Shown here: one piece after another, positions 35,252-49,445 of the stretch
Position numbering within the stretch: the stretch's first letter is position 1
How the letters are laid out: every line of letters begins with the position of its first letter
Assembly: GCF_009914755.1 (NCBI RefSeq)
Contig: NC_060948.1
DNA: 64,000 nt
DNA from: the human T2T-CHM13v2.0 reference genome, Homo sapiens
Direction: 5' to 3' (one strand)
Notes under the pieces: model-generated
The model's input: only the letters and a program-made list of their open reading frames with translations
Databases searched by the model: none
Told to the model about the DNA's origin: nothing
Translations under genes and position numbers: made by a program

Positions 35252-37896
35252 TTTATTATTATTATTATTATTATTATTTAATTTTTATGGTACATATGCA
35301 CAAAGTGCAGGTTTGTTACATATGTATACATCTGTCATTTTGGAGTGCTGCACTCATTAAGCAGTCATTTAACATTAGGTATATCTCCCAATGTTATCCC
35401 TCCCCCATCTGCCCACCCCACAACAGGCCCCAGTGTGAGAATGTTCCCCTTTCTGTGTCTATGTGTTCTCATTATTCAATTCCCACTTATGAGTGAGAAT
35501 ATGCGGTGTTTGGTTTTTTGTCCTTGAGATAGTTTGCTGAGAATGATGGTTTTCAGCTTCATCCATGTCCCTACAAAGGACATGAACTCATCACTTTTTA
35601 TGGCTGCAAGGTAGTCCATGGTGTATATGTGCCACATTTTCTTAATTAAGTCTATAATTGTTGGACATTTGGTTTGGTTCCTAGTCTTTGCTATTGTGAA
35701 TAGTGCTGCAATAAACTTATGTGTGCATGTGTCTGTATAGCAGCATGATATATAATCCTTTGTGTATATACCCAGTAATGGAATGGCTGGGTCAAATGGT
35801 ATTTCTAGTTCTAGATCCCTGAGGAATCGCCACACAGACTTCCACAGTGGTTGAACTAGTTTACAGTCCCACCAACAGTGTAAAAGTGTTCCTATTTCTC
35901 CACATCCTCTCAGCACCTGTTTTTTCCTGACTTTTTAATGATTGCCATTTGAACTGGTGTGAGATGGTATCTCATTGTGATTTTGATTTGCATTTATCTG
36001 ATGACCAGTGATGATGAGCATTTTTTCATGTGTCCTTTGGCTGCATAAATGTCTTCTTTTGAGATGTGTCTGTTCATATCCTTCACCCACTTTTTTATGG
36101 GGTTGTTTTTTTCTTGTAAATTTGTTTGAGTTCATTGTAGATTCTGGATATTAGCCCTTTGTCAGATGAGCAGATTGCAAAAATTTTCTCCCATTCTGTA
36201 GGTTGCCTGTTCACTCTGATGGTGGTTTCTTTTGCTGTGCAGAAACTCTTCAGTTTAATTAGATCCCATTTGTCAATTTTGGCTTTTGTTGCCATTGCTT
36301 TTGGTGTTTTAGACGTGAAGTCCTTGCCCACGCCTATGTCCCAAATGGTATTGCCTAGCTTTTTTCTAGGGTTTTTATAGTTTTAGATCTAACATTTAAG
36401 CTTTACTCCATCTTGAAATAATTTCTGTATAAGGTGTAAGGAAGGGATCCAATTTCACCTTTCTACAAATGACTAGCCAGTTTTCCCAGCACCATGTATT
36501 AAATGGGGAATTGTTTCCCCATTTCTTGTTTTTGTCAGGTTTGTCAAATCTCAGATGGTTGTAGACATGTGGCATTATTTCTGAGGGCTCTGTTCTGTTC
36601 CATTGATCTATATCTCTGTTTTGGTACCAGTACCATGCTGTTTTGGTTACTGTAGCCTTGTAGTATAGTTTGAAGTCAGGTAGCATGATGCCTCCAGCTT
36701 TGTTCTTTTGGCTTAGGATTGACTTAGCAATGCGGGCTCTTTTTTGGTTCCATATGAACTTTAAAGCAGTTTTTTCCAATTCTATGAAGAAAGTCTTTGG
36801 TAGCTTGATGGGGATGACATTGAATCTAGAAATTACCTTTGGCAGTGTGGCCATTTTCACAATATTGGATATTGATTCTTCCTACCCATGAGCATGGAAT
36901 GTTCTTCCATTGTTTGTATCCTCTTTTATTTCATTGAGCAGTGGTTTGTAGTTCTCCTTGAAGAGGTCCTTCCCATCTCTTGTAAGTTGGATTCCTAGGT
37001 ATTTTATTCTCTTTGTAGCAATTGTGAATGGGAGTTCACTCATGATTTAGCTCTGTTTGTCTGTTATTGGTGTATAGGAATACTTGTGATTTTTGCACAT
37101 TGATTTGGTATCGTGAGAATTTGCTGAAGTTGCTTACTAGCTTAAGGAGATTTGGGGCTGAGCGGATGGGGTTTTCTAGATATACAATCATGTCATCTGC
37201 AAACAGGGAAAACTTGACTTCTTCGTTTCCTAATTGAATACCCTTTATTTCTTTCTCCTGCCTGATTGCCATGGCCAGAACTTCCAACACTATGTTGAAT
37301 AGGAGTGGTGAGAGAGGGCATCCCTGCCTTGTGCCAATTTTCAAAGGGAATGTTTCCAGTTTTTTTCCTTTCAGTATGATATTGGCTGTGGTTTTGCCAT
37401 AGATAGTTCTTATTATTGTGAGATACATCCCATCAATACCTAATATATTAAAAGTTTTTAGCATAAATGGTTGTTGAATATTGTCAAGGCCTTTTCTGCA
37501 TCTATTGAGATAATCATGTGGTTTTTGTCATTGGTTCTGTTTATATGCTGGTTTACATTTATTGATTTACATATGTTGAACCAGCCTTGCATCCCAGGGA
37601 TGAAGCCCAGTTGATCATGATGCACAAGCTTTTTGATGTGCTGCTGGATTTGGTTTTCAAGTATTTTATTGAGGATTTTTGCATCAATGTTCATCAGGGA
37701 TAGTGGTCTAAAATTCTCTTCTTTTGTGTGTCTCTGCCAGGCATAGGCATCAGGATGATGCTGGCCTCATAAAATGAGTTAGGGAGTATTCCCTCTTTTT
37801 CTATTGATGGGAATAGTTTCAGAAGGAATGATCCCAGCTCCTTTTACCTCTGGTAGAATTCGGCTGTGAATCCACCTGGTCCTGGACATTTTTTGG
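35252..37896 (-). mobile_element. L1PA (about L1PA3-5) 3' 2.6 kb, 5'-truncated, with (TTA)n tail
   Basis: 3'UTR at 35285-35480. ORF2p C-terminal peptides ([51 protein letters not shown]) lie in several frames, so the element is frameshifted and inactive. Confidence 0.96.
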
Positions 37897-39215
37897 CCAT
37901 CCAGATTCTGATATCTCAATAATGCTTATGTGCAAGACATTCTTACTGCTTATATGAAGATTTAAAAGAACTGCAAGAGCATTTAGCAGAAAATCAGTCA
38001 CTGGCCTTAAATATCATTTAAAAATAAAATTAAGTCTTGAAAGGTAGACATGAAGGAGTCCAATATTCTTGAATTAAGGGGATATCACAGAAGTTCAGAG
38101 TTGTGAAATATAAGGGCATGTAAATCAACAATTAAGATCATACCTGGATGTTTAAACATTAATACAAGATCCTTAGTGTAAGAGTTAAATTTATTTGAGG
38201 TGAGAATTTAGAACTAAGCAACCTGATGTGAGAAGTAGGATTGAATAGAAGTAGGATTGAATATTTTTCAGAAGGAGAATTGTAAGATTGCAGACTCAGC
38301 ATAAGAAAGCAAGACAATAAATAAAACTTCTTAGCAAAGAAGCTTAAGCAGAACAAATTAAAATTATTACTTAGTCTTCCATCCTAATATGGAGGAAATT
38401 GAAAACTGGCATTTTCAATTTTACATTTCATATGTAGAGTATCGGTGAAGTTAGGTATTATGAAGTTAGGCTTCAGGGTACACAAGCCAACACATTTCCA
38501 TTGGAAAATTAGGCAGTGAACATATCATAGGTGAAAGACTGACCTGTAAGAAATAGCAAGTGAAGAATATATTAAAGGAGAACCTTTTCTATTTTGAAAT
38601 AGCAACAATGTTGTAATGACTCCTTTAACAGTATTGCTTATTGCAATAAAAGTAAATCTTGGCCCTAGTTAGAAAGTTTTCACTAGTACATTTTAATTTG
38701 TCAACATGTAAGATAGAGCCAAACACTTAGAGATATAGGAGAACTTTTATATAAAAATTTAGCATGCAGTTTTTCAAAGGTATTTGTGTGTGTGAGCTGG
38801 ATTGAACAACATGGGAAAATTTACCTTCTTCAGCTCAGAAAGGACAATGCATGTAAACTTTAAAATCCATGAAGAGTTTGATGGTTTTACATGTTTTCCC
38901 TGTGCCATTGGTAGTCACCAGTAATTCATATGAAAAGAAAAATAATATCTAAGTAGTTATTTACCATTACAAATGAACTTTTACCTAAGAATTAATGTCT
39001 GCCTTCAGCTTCGTTAGAGGAACTGGTCTTGTGGAAGCCATGAGATTATCCCAAGCCATAGGAAATATTCACAGTGTCATGACTGTCTAGTAATTTAGGG
39101 AACGAAGAATGGAGTCATAGAAGAAATAATTTTTAAAAAGTTGTCTGAGAGAAGAGAAAATAGTGTTTCAGGTTTGATGTTCTTTATATAATGTTTCATC
39201 ATTTTAATATTAAAG

Positions 39216-39330
39216 GTCCCATATCATGTGGAAGAGAGAATTATGGAGGTCCTCCATGCAGAGAGCAAATCTCTTCCCGGAGAAATGACCATATATCACC
39301 TAGAGATGATGGTTATGCAACTAAGGATAG
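39216..39330 (+). pseudogene. RBMY: RBMY pseudogene relic: single 115-bp exon
   Basis: Encodes (G)[37 protein letters not shown], alignable to the recalled RBMX/RBMY segment (RBMX [35 protein letters not shown]). Acceptor AG at 39214-39215 is intact. Donor position reads ACAAAG, not GT. No RRM or SRGY exons found. Confidence 0.85.
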
Positions 39331-39349
39331 ACAAAGAAAAAATGAAAAA

Positions 39350-40135
39350 AATAGTTTATTTGTTGTGGTGATGAAATTCACGTAACAAAATTAAATGTTA
39401 TAATGTAAACAGTTAAGTGGCACCAAATACATTTTGTGTTGCACAGCAACTACCTCCATCGAGTTCCAAAACATTTTCATGACTCCAAACTAAAACTCCA
39501 ACTACCACTTAAGCAGTCCCTTTCATTTTCTCCCTTCCCTCAGCTGCTAGCAAACACCAATCTGTGTTCTGCCTCTGAATTTACATGTTGTGGGCATTTA
39601 ATGTAAATGTGCTCACACACTACAAAACTTTTTGTATCTGTCCCTTTCCTTTTGCATGATGTCCCGAAGGTTCATTTACATCATAGCACTTCACTCCTTC
39701 CACAGGCTATTAATCCATTATTTTACTTGGATTGTTTCCACCACAGTATTTCTAGGCACCAATATTTGTTTGAGTACAATTATTCAACTCTGGGTGTATG
39801 TATAAGTGGAATTGCTTGGTCCTGTGATAATTATCTTTGTTTTCTTGATGAGCCACCAAATTTCTCCATAGTTGCTGCATCATTTTCCATTCCAACTAGC
39901 ATTGTATCAGCGTTCCAATTTATCTACATCCTCTCAAACACTTACTATTTCCTGCTTTTTAAAATGTATTGCCATTCTAGTGTGTATGTGAAGTATGGTA
40001 TCTCATGTTGGATTTGAAATGAATTTTCTGAATCATTGGTTATGAGTACCTGTTCCATGTGCTTTTTGGGCATTTGCCTAATTGGAGAAATATCTGTCTA
40101 GATGTTTTGCCTTTTAATTTTGCTGAATTGTAAGT
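39350..40135 (-). mobile_element. Old L1M (L1MB/ME-like) 3' fragment in the RBMY intron
   Basis: CCAAAACATTTTCAT, GTGGAATTGCTTGGTC, CATTTTCCATTCCAACTAGCA, TGGTATCTCATG are typical antisense L1M 3'-end motifs. Confidence 0.65.
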
Positions 40136-40712
40136 TTTTTTAAATTTTTAAAATAAGTAAAAAATTAATAAAAATGGTATCTCCAACAAGGTGATAAAAT
40201 AGGAGGCTCTAATTTGTTCCTCCATCCACAAATACAACAAATAAAAAGCCACACCGACATCAATTCCCTGTGAGATAAACTCAGAAACTAGTAGAGATAC
40301 TCTTGCACATAGGATTATGAAAATACTCACTTAAAAAGAGGTAAGAAAAACGGAATCATGATCTTGTTCTAGAGTTTATGTCTGAACATTGCCCTATTGA
40401 TTCAGTGCCCTAGAGTCAATAGGGAACTGTTATTTCACAGCTTCTTTGAGAGGACTGAAGTACTAAACCACATATGTAATGCCCCAACTGTTAACAGCTG
40501 CTTCTCAACGAAATGATTGCTAACTTGCCAGTCTCTGGATTCTAACACAGATTGGCATTAATAACTCTCCTAGGACCTCCAAGGTAAAAGAGGGATTTAA
40601 ATAGACATTCAAGCACTTCCAAAACTGTTTCCTCCTGGCTTACTTGATCTCAAGCAGTCAAGAAAGCTTACCTCCCACTTTGTACCTTGAAGAACTTAGA
40701 TTGTACATCTAG

Positions 40713-41089
<377 letters not shown>

Positions 41090-41348
41090 TAAGAGCAGGC
41101 ACATAGGCATTTCTCATCAGTCTTCATCATCACTCACTCTAGCAATATACTGAGCTTCTAAATTTTCCTATGAATTAGTCAAACTACCCAACTATTGACC
41201 TGACTTCTCAGGTTGCTGCCTGAGAGTTTGAATACTAACTTGCCAATCTCTGGAAGCTAATGAATCCCAGCTTTCTGTAGTCCCAGGATTCTAAAGAGGA
41301 AAAATGATTGCTTTACAATAATTCTGCATGATTTTTAAACTTGACGAT

Positions 41349-41780
41349 TGATATAGTTTGGACATTAGTCCCACCAAGCCTCAGGTTGAAATGTGGTCCT
41401 CCACACTGTAAACAGCACCTAGTGGGAGGTGTTTCTTTGTGCCCTGGTAATGGATCCCTCATAAATGGCTTGGCACCCTCACCATGGTTAATAAGTGTGT
41501 TTTCCTCTATATTAGTTCCAACTATGCAGCTTACATCCAAATAGTTGTTGAAAAGAGTCATACCTTCTCCTCTTCTCTATCTTGCTCTCTCTACATGTGA
41601 CATACCTGTTTTCCTTTTACCTTCTGTCCTGAGTGGAAGCCTTGTGAGGCTGTTGCCAGATGCAGATGCTGGCACCACACATCTTTTACAGTCTGCAGAA
41701 CCAGGAGCCAATGAAAGCTCTTTTCTTTATAAATTTTCCAGTTTCATAGTCTTTTATAAGAACATGAACAGACTAAGACG
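41349..41780 (+). mobile_element. MaLR solo LTR (MSTB-like)
   Basis: Starts TGATATAGTTTGGA, contains CAGATGCAGATGCTGGCACCA and CTCTTTTCTTTATAAATT, ends ACAGACTAAGAC. About 430 bp. Confidence 0.85.
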
Positions 41781-41980
41781 TTTATCTCTGGCTGATAACT
41801 TGCCTATATCAGTAAGCAGTGGAGATCAGCATTCACTATTTCCTCTGTTCCATAGAGGATGAAGAGGTGGTTTTCAATGGTCCCATGAGCTCTCCCTTAA
41901 ATCCAACCCTTGTCTTGCTGTAGCTTTCAGCTTCTCCATGGAAGCACTCCAACCTTTTAAACTCCTCCCTTAGAACCAGT

Positions 41981-42308
41981 ATTTTGTTGTTGTTGCTGTT
42001 GTTTGTATTTATTTATTTATTGAGATTGAGTCTCACTCTGTCACCCAGGTCAGAGTGCAGTGGCGTGATCTCAGCTCACTTCGGCCTCCACCTCCTGGTT
42101 TCAAGAGATACTGATGCTTCAACCTTCCAAGTAGCTGGGACTACAGGCACGTGCCACTAGTCCCAGCTATTTTTTTTGTTTTGTATGTTTAGTTGAGAGC
42201 GGATTTCACCATGGTAGCCAGGATGATCTCGACCTCCTGACCTCGTCATATGCCCTCTTTGGCCTGCCAAAGTGCTGGGGTTACAGGCATGAGCCACTGT
42301 GCTCAGCC
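41981..42308 (-). mobile_element. Alu with (TTG)/(TTTA) tail
   Basis: GAGTCTCACTCTGTCACCCAGG...CTCCTGACCTCGTCAT...GAGCCACTGTGCTCAGCC. Confidence 0.92.
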
Positions 42309-43783
42309 TGGACCAGTCTTTTAACATGCCTGTTTCTAGGGACTGATGTCTCAGAATAGGCATTCTGTGATTCTGCTAATTCCCACCATTTCTGGAAAAA
42401 AAAATCAACTCACAGCTGTCCTTAGATAAGGACACCATAGTGAATGATTCTATGACTTGGGATTGAATCTATGACACCTTTTCAAAGACTGTAGAACTGA
42501 GAATAACCACACACATAGGATAAAAGAACAGTTTTAATTTGATGTCTTTTCTCCTCCCCAAGACAGCAGAGTGTTGCATACAAAAAATTTCACCCGACTC
42601 ACAGTTTCTTCACAGAGAAGAGAGTTGAAGGTGTACAATTCAGACCTTTCTTTTCCATTTTGCAATTCTTCACATGATGTTCTCTCTTGTCTTACCCTGT
42701 GGGAAACATTGGGGGTATCGGACAGCTGGGGCCAGTTACAAACACAGTACGTAGATGGGGCTCACAGTGACCATAACATTAATTTTACTGGTGGCTTTAC
42801 ATTCCAGGCTCAGATCACTGGCCAACTGCCAAATTCCACCCTGCTTTTCTCTGGAAAATTTCCAAGGTTGTGAAAGAGGCAGCTTTGTGATTATCCACAG
42901 AAGGGGCATGTGAAGCCACCCAATCCCAGCTGCCATACTTTTGACCATCCTAGCCCTGTGTGCTCCACCCATCCCCAGGCTGAAAAGCAGAGGCAATTTA
43001 GTGGTTAAAGATGAAGTTTCTGGCTCTACCTTGACCCAGGGAGCAAGTAGCTTATATAATAAGCCTTGGTACCCCTGGAAGGAAATTCTCTTGTGATATG
43101 TCTAGTGGAAATCAGTGGGGAATTAGAATCTCTAGAGCACATGACTTTATTGAGAAACAGAATCTCAGTCTCAGCTCCAGCCCTTCCCACTGCTATTGGG
43201 AAGAAACTACCCTGTTGTGGAACATGCCTCTCTGAGTCAATGAATGCAGTCTATCCAGGTTCTGTCCAGCAGAAAATGGATCTAGACTCGCCAGCCTGTG
43301 TCCTCTGTGGGGGGACCCACTCTCAGCTCTGGCCCTTCCACTTTAATCAGGGAACTATATAATCTTTGAGAAACTTTCTGGGCAATATGCAACTTTCTTA
43401 GCAGAGCGCAGGCTCTAAATTATCTATTCAACAGCAGATGTCAAGGGAGCTGATTTTCAGCCCCAGGCCCTTGTGCTGCAGGTAGGAAACTAGCCCATCT
43501 GTACAGAGAACTTCCAGTAACCATCACAGCCAAATTACAGGCATGCCATTCTCTGTTCCACAACAGAATCTAAGTGGACCCAGTCTCAGCTCCAGCCTGT
43601 CCGATTTCAATTTCTGAAATGGAATTATTAGTAATAAATACCATACGAGGTAAAAAACAAACAAACAAACAAAAAATGAGGAACCAATAGATTCAGTATG
43701 AATTCTACCAGATCTACAAAGAGCTGCATCTTATTCCATGGTGTGGATTATCCTAGTTTCTTCCACCGGTTATGCATGCATGC

Positions 43784-43785
<2 letters not shown>

Positions 43786-43820
<35 letters not shown>

Positions 43821-43833
43821 CACGCACACACAC
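43786..43833 (+). repeat. (CA)n microsatellite followed by an (A)nC-rich tract
   Basis: Read directly from the sequence. Confidence 0.95.
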
Positions 43834-44120
43834 AAAAAACAAAAAACAAAAACAAGCAAACAAACAAACAAAAAAAACTGCACACACCTGTGTTTCATGT
43901 TCTCCCAAAGAGCTGCAGTGGAAATGTCAAGCTGGCCTCTGGTATCATCCAAAGGCTGAGTGGGGAAGGACCCACTCCTTTGCTTGCATTACATTGCTAC
44001 CAGCAGCCTTGTCTACAATGGCAGTTTTTCAGTGGTCTCTCACACTTCTCTAGAGAACCTGCAATTATATTTATTTATATGGTTTATAATATATTTGTTA
44101 GCCTTTATCTCTAAACTTGA

Positions 44121-44270
44121 GGCTGGGTACAATGGCTCTAGTCTATAATTTCAGTACTTTGAGAGGTTGATGTTTGAGGATTCTCTGAACCCAGAATTCT
44201 GAGACTACAGTGATGTATGATTCATCCTGGTGACAGAGCAACACTCTGCTTTAATCAATAAATAATAAAT
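44121..44270 (+). mobile_element. Alu monomer (FLAM-like) remnant
   Basis: GGCTGGGTACAATGGCTC...CAGTACTTTGAGAGGTTGA...GACAGAGCAACACTCTG plus an A-rich tail. Confidence 0.6.
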
Positions 44271-44856
44271 ATACAACTGATAGTAATATTTTTGTTTACA
44301 GTTTGGAAACACAAATGTCCTTGATCAAATGTACAAATATGTGATAGTCACTAACACAGCACATACGCATGTGCATGGGAACCAATGCAGGAAAGCAGTG
44401 GGATTGGATGCTTTTTCCCCTTAATGCTTGAACACATGTATATTGTGATGATAAGGGTCAGGAAGTCTCTGCTTGAGCTATCAAAACTGTGGAAATAAAA
44501 ACCTTCACAAGTCAGGAAACAAAACAGTCTCTATTGGTAATAATAACTATAAAATCTTTTGCAGATTTCATTTCATTTTTAATTTAGTGTAGATTAGGCA
44601 GCATAACACAGACTACCCTGCCCCTAGTAGTATGCAATTTGATGACAAATGTCAATTAGATTTGGTTGTTGAAAACTACAAGAATCTTACTTAATACCTT
44701 AGTTACATACGTAATTTTGACAATACACTAGCTTACTTTAAAGTTTCAGTTGCTCCACTAGACACCTAAATATTATTTTAAACATAGTTCAAAATTAATG
44801 TAGATAATGGGCAAAATGGCAGGTTTTTATTTTTATTCATTTCCTTTTGGTTTTAT

Positions 44857-45021
44857 GCCTTTCACTCTCTCCTTTCTTCCCTTCCTTCCTTGCTTCATTC
44901 CTTCCATCCTTCCTCCTTCCATCCTCTCCTTCCCTCCCGCTTTCCCTCCTTCCCTTCTTCCCTCCCTCCCTTCCTTTCCTTCCTTCCTTCCTTCCCTCCT
45001 TCGTTTCTTTCTTTCTTTCCT

Positions 45022-45058
<37 letters not shown>

Positions 45059-45267
45059 GTTCTTTCTTGCTCTTTCTTTCTTTCTCTTTCCTTCTTTCTT
45101 CCTTCCTTCCTTCCTTCATTACTTCCTTTTATTTTTTTATTCCTTTCTTTCTCTCTTTCTGTTTCTTTCCTTCTCTTTCTTCTTTTCTTTCTTTCTCTTA
45201 ATTTCTTTCTTTCTTTTCTTTTTTCTTTTTTTTTCTTTTTTTTCTGTATCTCTGTTTTTCTCTTTGA
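44857..45267 (+). repeat. Polypyrimidine low-complexity tract ((TTCC)n, (TTTC)n), expanded Alu tail
   Basis: Read directly. Abuts the T-tail of the Alu at 45268. Confidence 0.93.
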
Positions 45268-45424
45268 TTTTTTTTTAGACAGAATCCTGCTCTGTCACCT
45301 AGGCTGGAGTGCAGTGGCATGATCTCAACTCACTGCAACCCCCCCATCCCAAGTTCAAGCAATTCTCCAGTCACCCCTCCCAAGTAGCTGCAACTGCACG
45401 CATGTGACACCAATTCTGGCTTGT

Positions 45425-45469
<45 letters not shown>

Positions 45470-45592
45470 TTTAGCAGAGAGCAGATTTCACAATGTTTGC
45501 TCAGGCTGGTCTTGAACTCCTGTCCTCAAGTGATGCAGCCACCTCAGGTTCTCAAAGTGCTGGGATTCCGGGACTGAGCCACCATGCCCATC
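45268..45592 (-). mobile_element. Alu with (TG)n microsatellite in the central linker (~45422-45466)
   Basis: AGACAGAATCCTGCTCTGTCACCTAGGCTGGAGTGCAGTGG...(TG)n...CAAAGTGCTGGGATT...GAGCCACCATGCCC. Confidence 0.9.
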
Positions 45593-45632
45593 AAGTTTTA
45601 TACACTTCTCTCCTTAGTCTTCACCCATATCT

Positions 45633-45940
45633 ATTTTATTGTTTTATTTCATTTTTATTTCTGAGACAGAATCTTGCTCTGGTGCCCAGGCTGGAGTGCA
45701 GAGGTGTGATCTCACTTCACTCCAAACTCCATCCCTGGGGTTCAGTGGATTCTTCTACATCAGCCTCGTGGGTAGCTTGGATTACAACCATGGGCCACCA
45801 AGCCCAGCTAGCTTTGGTATGATATTAGACATGGGATCTTGCCATGTTGGCCAGGCTTGTCTCAAACTCCTGACGTCAAGAGATCTGCCCACCTTGGCCT
45901 GCCAAATAGCTGGGAGTGCAAGTGTGAGCCTCCGTGCCCT
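45633..45940 (-). mobile_element. Alu, diverged
   Basis: GAGACAGAATCTTGCTCTG...CAGGCTGGAGTGCAG...CTCAAACTCCTGAC...GTGAGCC. Confidence 0.88.
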
Positions 45941-46409
45941 GACTCATATCTGTTGTAAAGCTCAGTTTATAAGCAACATTGTCTTCCTGAAATGCTTTAT
46001 GTTTACAAAACAACTATAGCACTATTATTTACCTCCTTAGGATAAAATATGGTGACACACAAAATGTACACACACAGACACAGACATAGTCAGTGACCAA
46101 AAGATCAGTGTAGGCCAGGACCTAAAACAAAAGATAAGTTGCTGCAGTTGACTAGAATTAAGCCAGACCAGAGTTGACCCATACCTAGACAAGAGATGTG
46201 AACAGATGCTTTCAAAAAACTGTATCAGATACAGGTCAGTTTATTCTCCAGCCATAGCAAAGGGACATTAAAGATCTGTTGTGCTTAGAAGAGTCTTGAT
46301 GGTGTGACTTTTCCAGGGTATTAGCATTCATGACGTTGACCTTTAAAGCTCTCCGCAATTACTCAAATCAGTAGACAACTCAGTTTTTCTAGGAGTCTAA
46401 AGTGCTGTT

Positions 46410-46930
46410 CAAAATTTTCTAAAACTTAGTGGCTTAAAACAATAATTATAATTTACTTACTTCAGGCTCTGCAATCTTCCACAGTCTCTCAGCCAAATGA
46501 TTATCATTCAGGGGCACTCACGAGGATGCAATCTAGTGATGGCTTAGGATAGGGACATTGTCAGGTGTCTTCTCATCTCCTGGTGTCATGGCTAGCATGA
46601 CTCAAATAGCAGGAGTTGGACTGCTGAGATCCTCAGGCATCTCCTTTTATTTCTATGATTATCTCCATGGAATGTGCCTTCTGCATAGTGGTATGAGGGT
46701 GTCAGACGTTGTGATCTGCTCTGGGACTCCTGAGGGGTTTTCCCCATGACAGCAGGAGACTTAGGCAGAGCTGTGTCACCTTTTCTAACCTAGGCCAGAG
46801 GTGGCCCTGTATCCAGAAAATGCTTGCACTGTTTTCTATTCATTAGAAGCAAATACTATGTTCAGTCACATCAGGAATGTTTTCAAATGGGTTTGAAGAG
46901 AATTTCAGTGTTTTAGACCACTACAGTGAC
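46410..46930 (-). mobile_element. Probable MLT1-type MaLR LTR remnant
   Basis: AAAACTTAGTGGCTTAAAACAA motif typical of MLT1. The remainder is degenerate. Confidence 0.45.
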
Positions 46931-49445
46931 CATGCCTAATAACTACTTATTCTTATAAGTTCTGGATGGGTTTTACCCAACATGATAGCAGATACAGACT
47001 TTTAAGCTTAAAACCTATATGTCATGGCCCCATGTTGAAATAACTCTCAAGCAAAAACTGATTTTGAAATAAGAGCTATATAAATAAATAAAATATATGA
47101 GATAAACTCATAAATATCTGGATGAAATGCTTATAAAGAGGTCAGCCTTAAAAATGTCATGAGGTCTAATGTGCCACTCTTTTACTATTTCTATGGATAT
47201 TACTTGGTCAGGAGAACAAGGACTCAGGGTTCTGTGGGTCAGTCTCTGCACTTTGAAACAGTGTCTGAGGCACCAGGAGTAACACCTCCGGCCAACACTG
47301 TGTGGTGAGGATGAGGAGTCCATCCGGGTTAAGGAGGGTGTCAGCATAATGTGACTTGGAGGAGAGGTACACCTGGTAGGGTGACCAGGATCAAGGTCTC
47401 TGACACATATTGAAATCCCCCATGCCCAACTGCAGCGGGTTGAATACCTCAGCTTGTTCTGGGCTTCCAGGTGTGTTCGGGAAGCATCTCCCTTGACTGG
47501 GAAGGATCACCCCATTCCCTTGCCATGCAGCAGGATGGGGCTTGTTACCTCTGCTCTGTCTGTTCCAGCTGTTTCCCTTTGCATTATCTCACTCCTGGGT
47601 AAGGTGGCAGGACCCCAGAATGTAGAAGGGCCCTGGGTTGTTGACAGTGCCTGGGGGTGGTCATGTACTAGGAGGAGAGTCCCTACTGAGCCTCCCATGA
47701 GCTTGGCGGCTGGGAAGGAACAGTCGTGGGGCACTGGCTCTTCCAGATTCCAGGGGCCTGTCCTGGAGAAGGCCGGGGGGAAGTCATAAGCCTATGGATC
47801 TGCAATCTAAGAGGAAGAGCTGTATTTGCCATGGCTGACATCATCAGGGCAAGACACCCACTGAGTGGACAGCTGGGCTTATGCATTTTACCTCTGTCCT
47901 GAAGAGACCCTTCATGCCTGCCTCTCCTGGGTCCAGTGATCCTGGGGACCCTGCTCTGAGACCACTCATGACCGTAAGCTTAGGATCTTTTGTGCCTTAC
48001 TTCCTATCCACCAAGGTGAGGCATCCTGGAGAGGATGTGTGGGGCAAAGCTCCTATGCACACATGTAGCACTGAAACGGGGTGTTACCGGCCACTTAGGC
48101 CACTGCTCACCAGGACCTCTCCTGAACTTCCACCTGGCTAAGCAATAAGTGTCTCATCTACATGACACTGCAGCCCAGCTTTCTCCTCCACCTACTGACC
48201 CTCTTGGGGAGAATGACAACCTACCTGGAGACTCAGGCCCTGCCAGAACCCCATGCTGTCCTCCCCTCTCATGGGCTGGACACTGTCTGATGCACAAGGA
48301 TTCCCGAACAGCGATCCCAAAACCCTGTGGCTTCCATTGCTTCTTCCCCGAATGCCTGCCTTTCCTGACCAAACAGATAGGAAGACACAGGCAGCTTCAA
48401 GGTTTTATTTCCCTCCGGTTGTCATTTTGGCTCCATGGCATATCCTCTAGGTTGCTCACACTAGCCACCCTTTTCCTCCTCCCTCTCCATTTGTGAGAAT
48501 CATAAGGACACTTTACATCTCCCAAGTGCACAGGCTTCATGGGTCCTGAAGTTGGATTGTCAAACCCAGCAGACCCTAAACCAAGGTACACAAAGGTACA
48601 TAGGCACAGGTGTGCACACGCATGCATCAGCTCAGACACGCAGGCTGGAACATGCCCACACTCATACTGGTACGAGGGAAACTGGGTGTCTACACCAATA
48701 CTCAGATGGGCCTTCATGCTCAGCCACATTCCCTGCTGGACATACACAGAAGGTCCCCTACCATTTAACTGACCAGCTACAGTGGGATTTATTTTTACTT
48801 TTATACTTTCATAACTTACCAAAGTATGTTGCATTCTTTCCCCCATCATGAAAAAGACTTTGACAAAAGTAAGGAGGAAGAGTAATTTTTATAATAAAAT
48901 ACTTTATTGGAATCTATAATGTTAAGGTATTTTAAAAATTTTATGTCTTTTAATGTCATAGGAAATGTCTCAGGGGCAGGGGCAACATGAGTGAGGATGG
49001 CAGAGGGGAGAAAGCATGTCAGGGGAGCCTGAGGTCGTTGAAACAGATCATGATAGGGCTGGCCATTCTAGAAGGACATAGACCTAGGTGCACCTCATGT
49101 GCACCTCTGTGTGGAAGGTAAGAGGGCCCTAGTTGAGCCCAAACTGAACCCCAGGTGGTAGCAGGCCTCAAGGTGTGAAAGAGAGCCAGAGATGCATGAT
49201 GTGGCAGCTATTCATTAATCCTTGCTTCTCACTCATTGACCTTAGCCACTTCTGCCTCTTAGGTGACTTCAGCTTCCCCAGTTCTGAAATATGAGTGTTA
49301 GAGTTCCCTAAAGACCCTTTCTCCCCCAGCCCAGGGATGGCCTGGGATTTCTCACTGCAGGCTCCTCCCTGAGCTTTGAGTTTTCCACGTGTGTCCCAGC
49401 TCTAGGACACACAGGACCCTGAGCCTCCAGCCTTGGGCTTCTTAC

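Noticed and set aside
35476-37694. Reverse transcriptase-like ORFs as a functional gene
   Set aside because: Frameshifted fragments of a truncated L1 ORF2. The same applies to 10441-11755.
43698-44114. His/Thr-repeat ORFs
   Set aside because: Translation of (CA)n and (AAAC)n tracts.
44807-45322. 171-aa hydrophobic ORF and overlapping ORFs
   Set aside because: Artefact of a stop-free (TTTC)/(TTCC) tract.
47200-48900. Possible FAM197Y-like sequence or TSPY terminal exon and poly(A) signal
   Set aside because: The position is compatible and AATAAA occurs on the minus strand (48903-48908), but I could not match diagnostic sequence.
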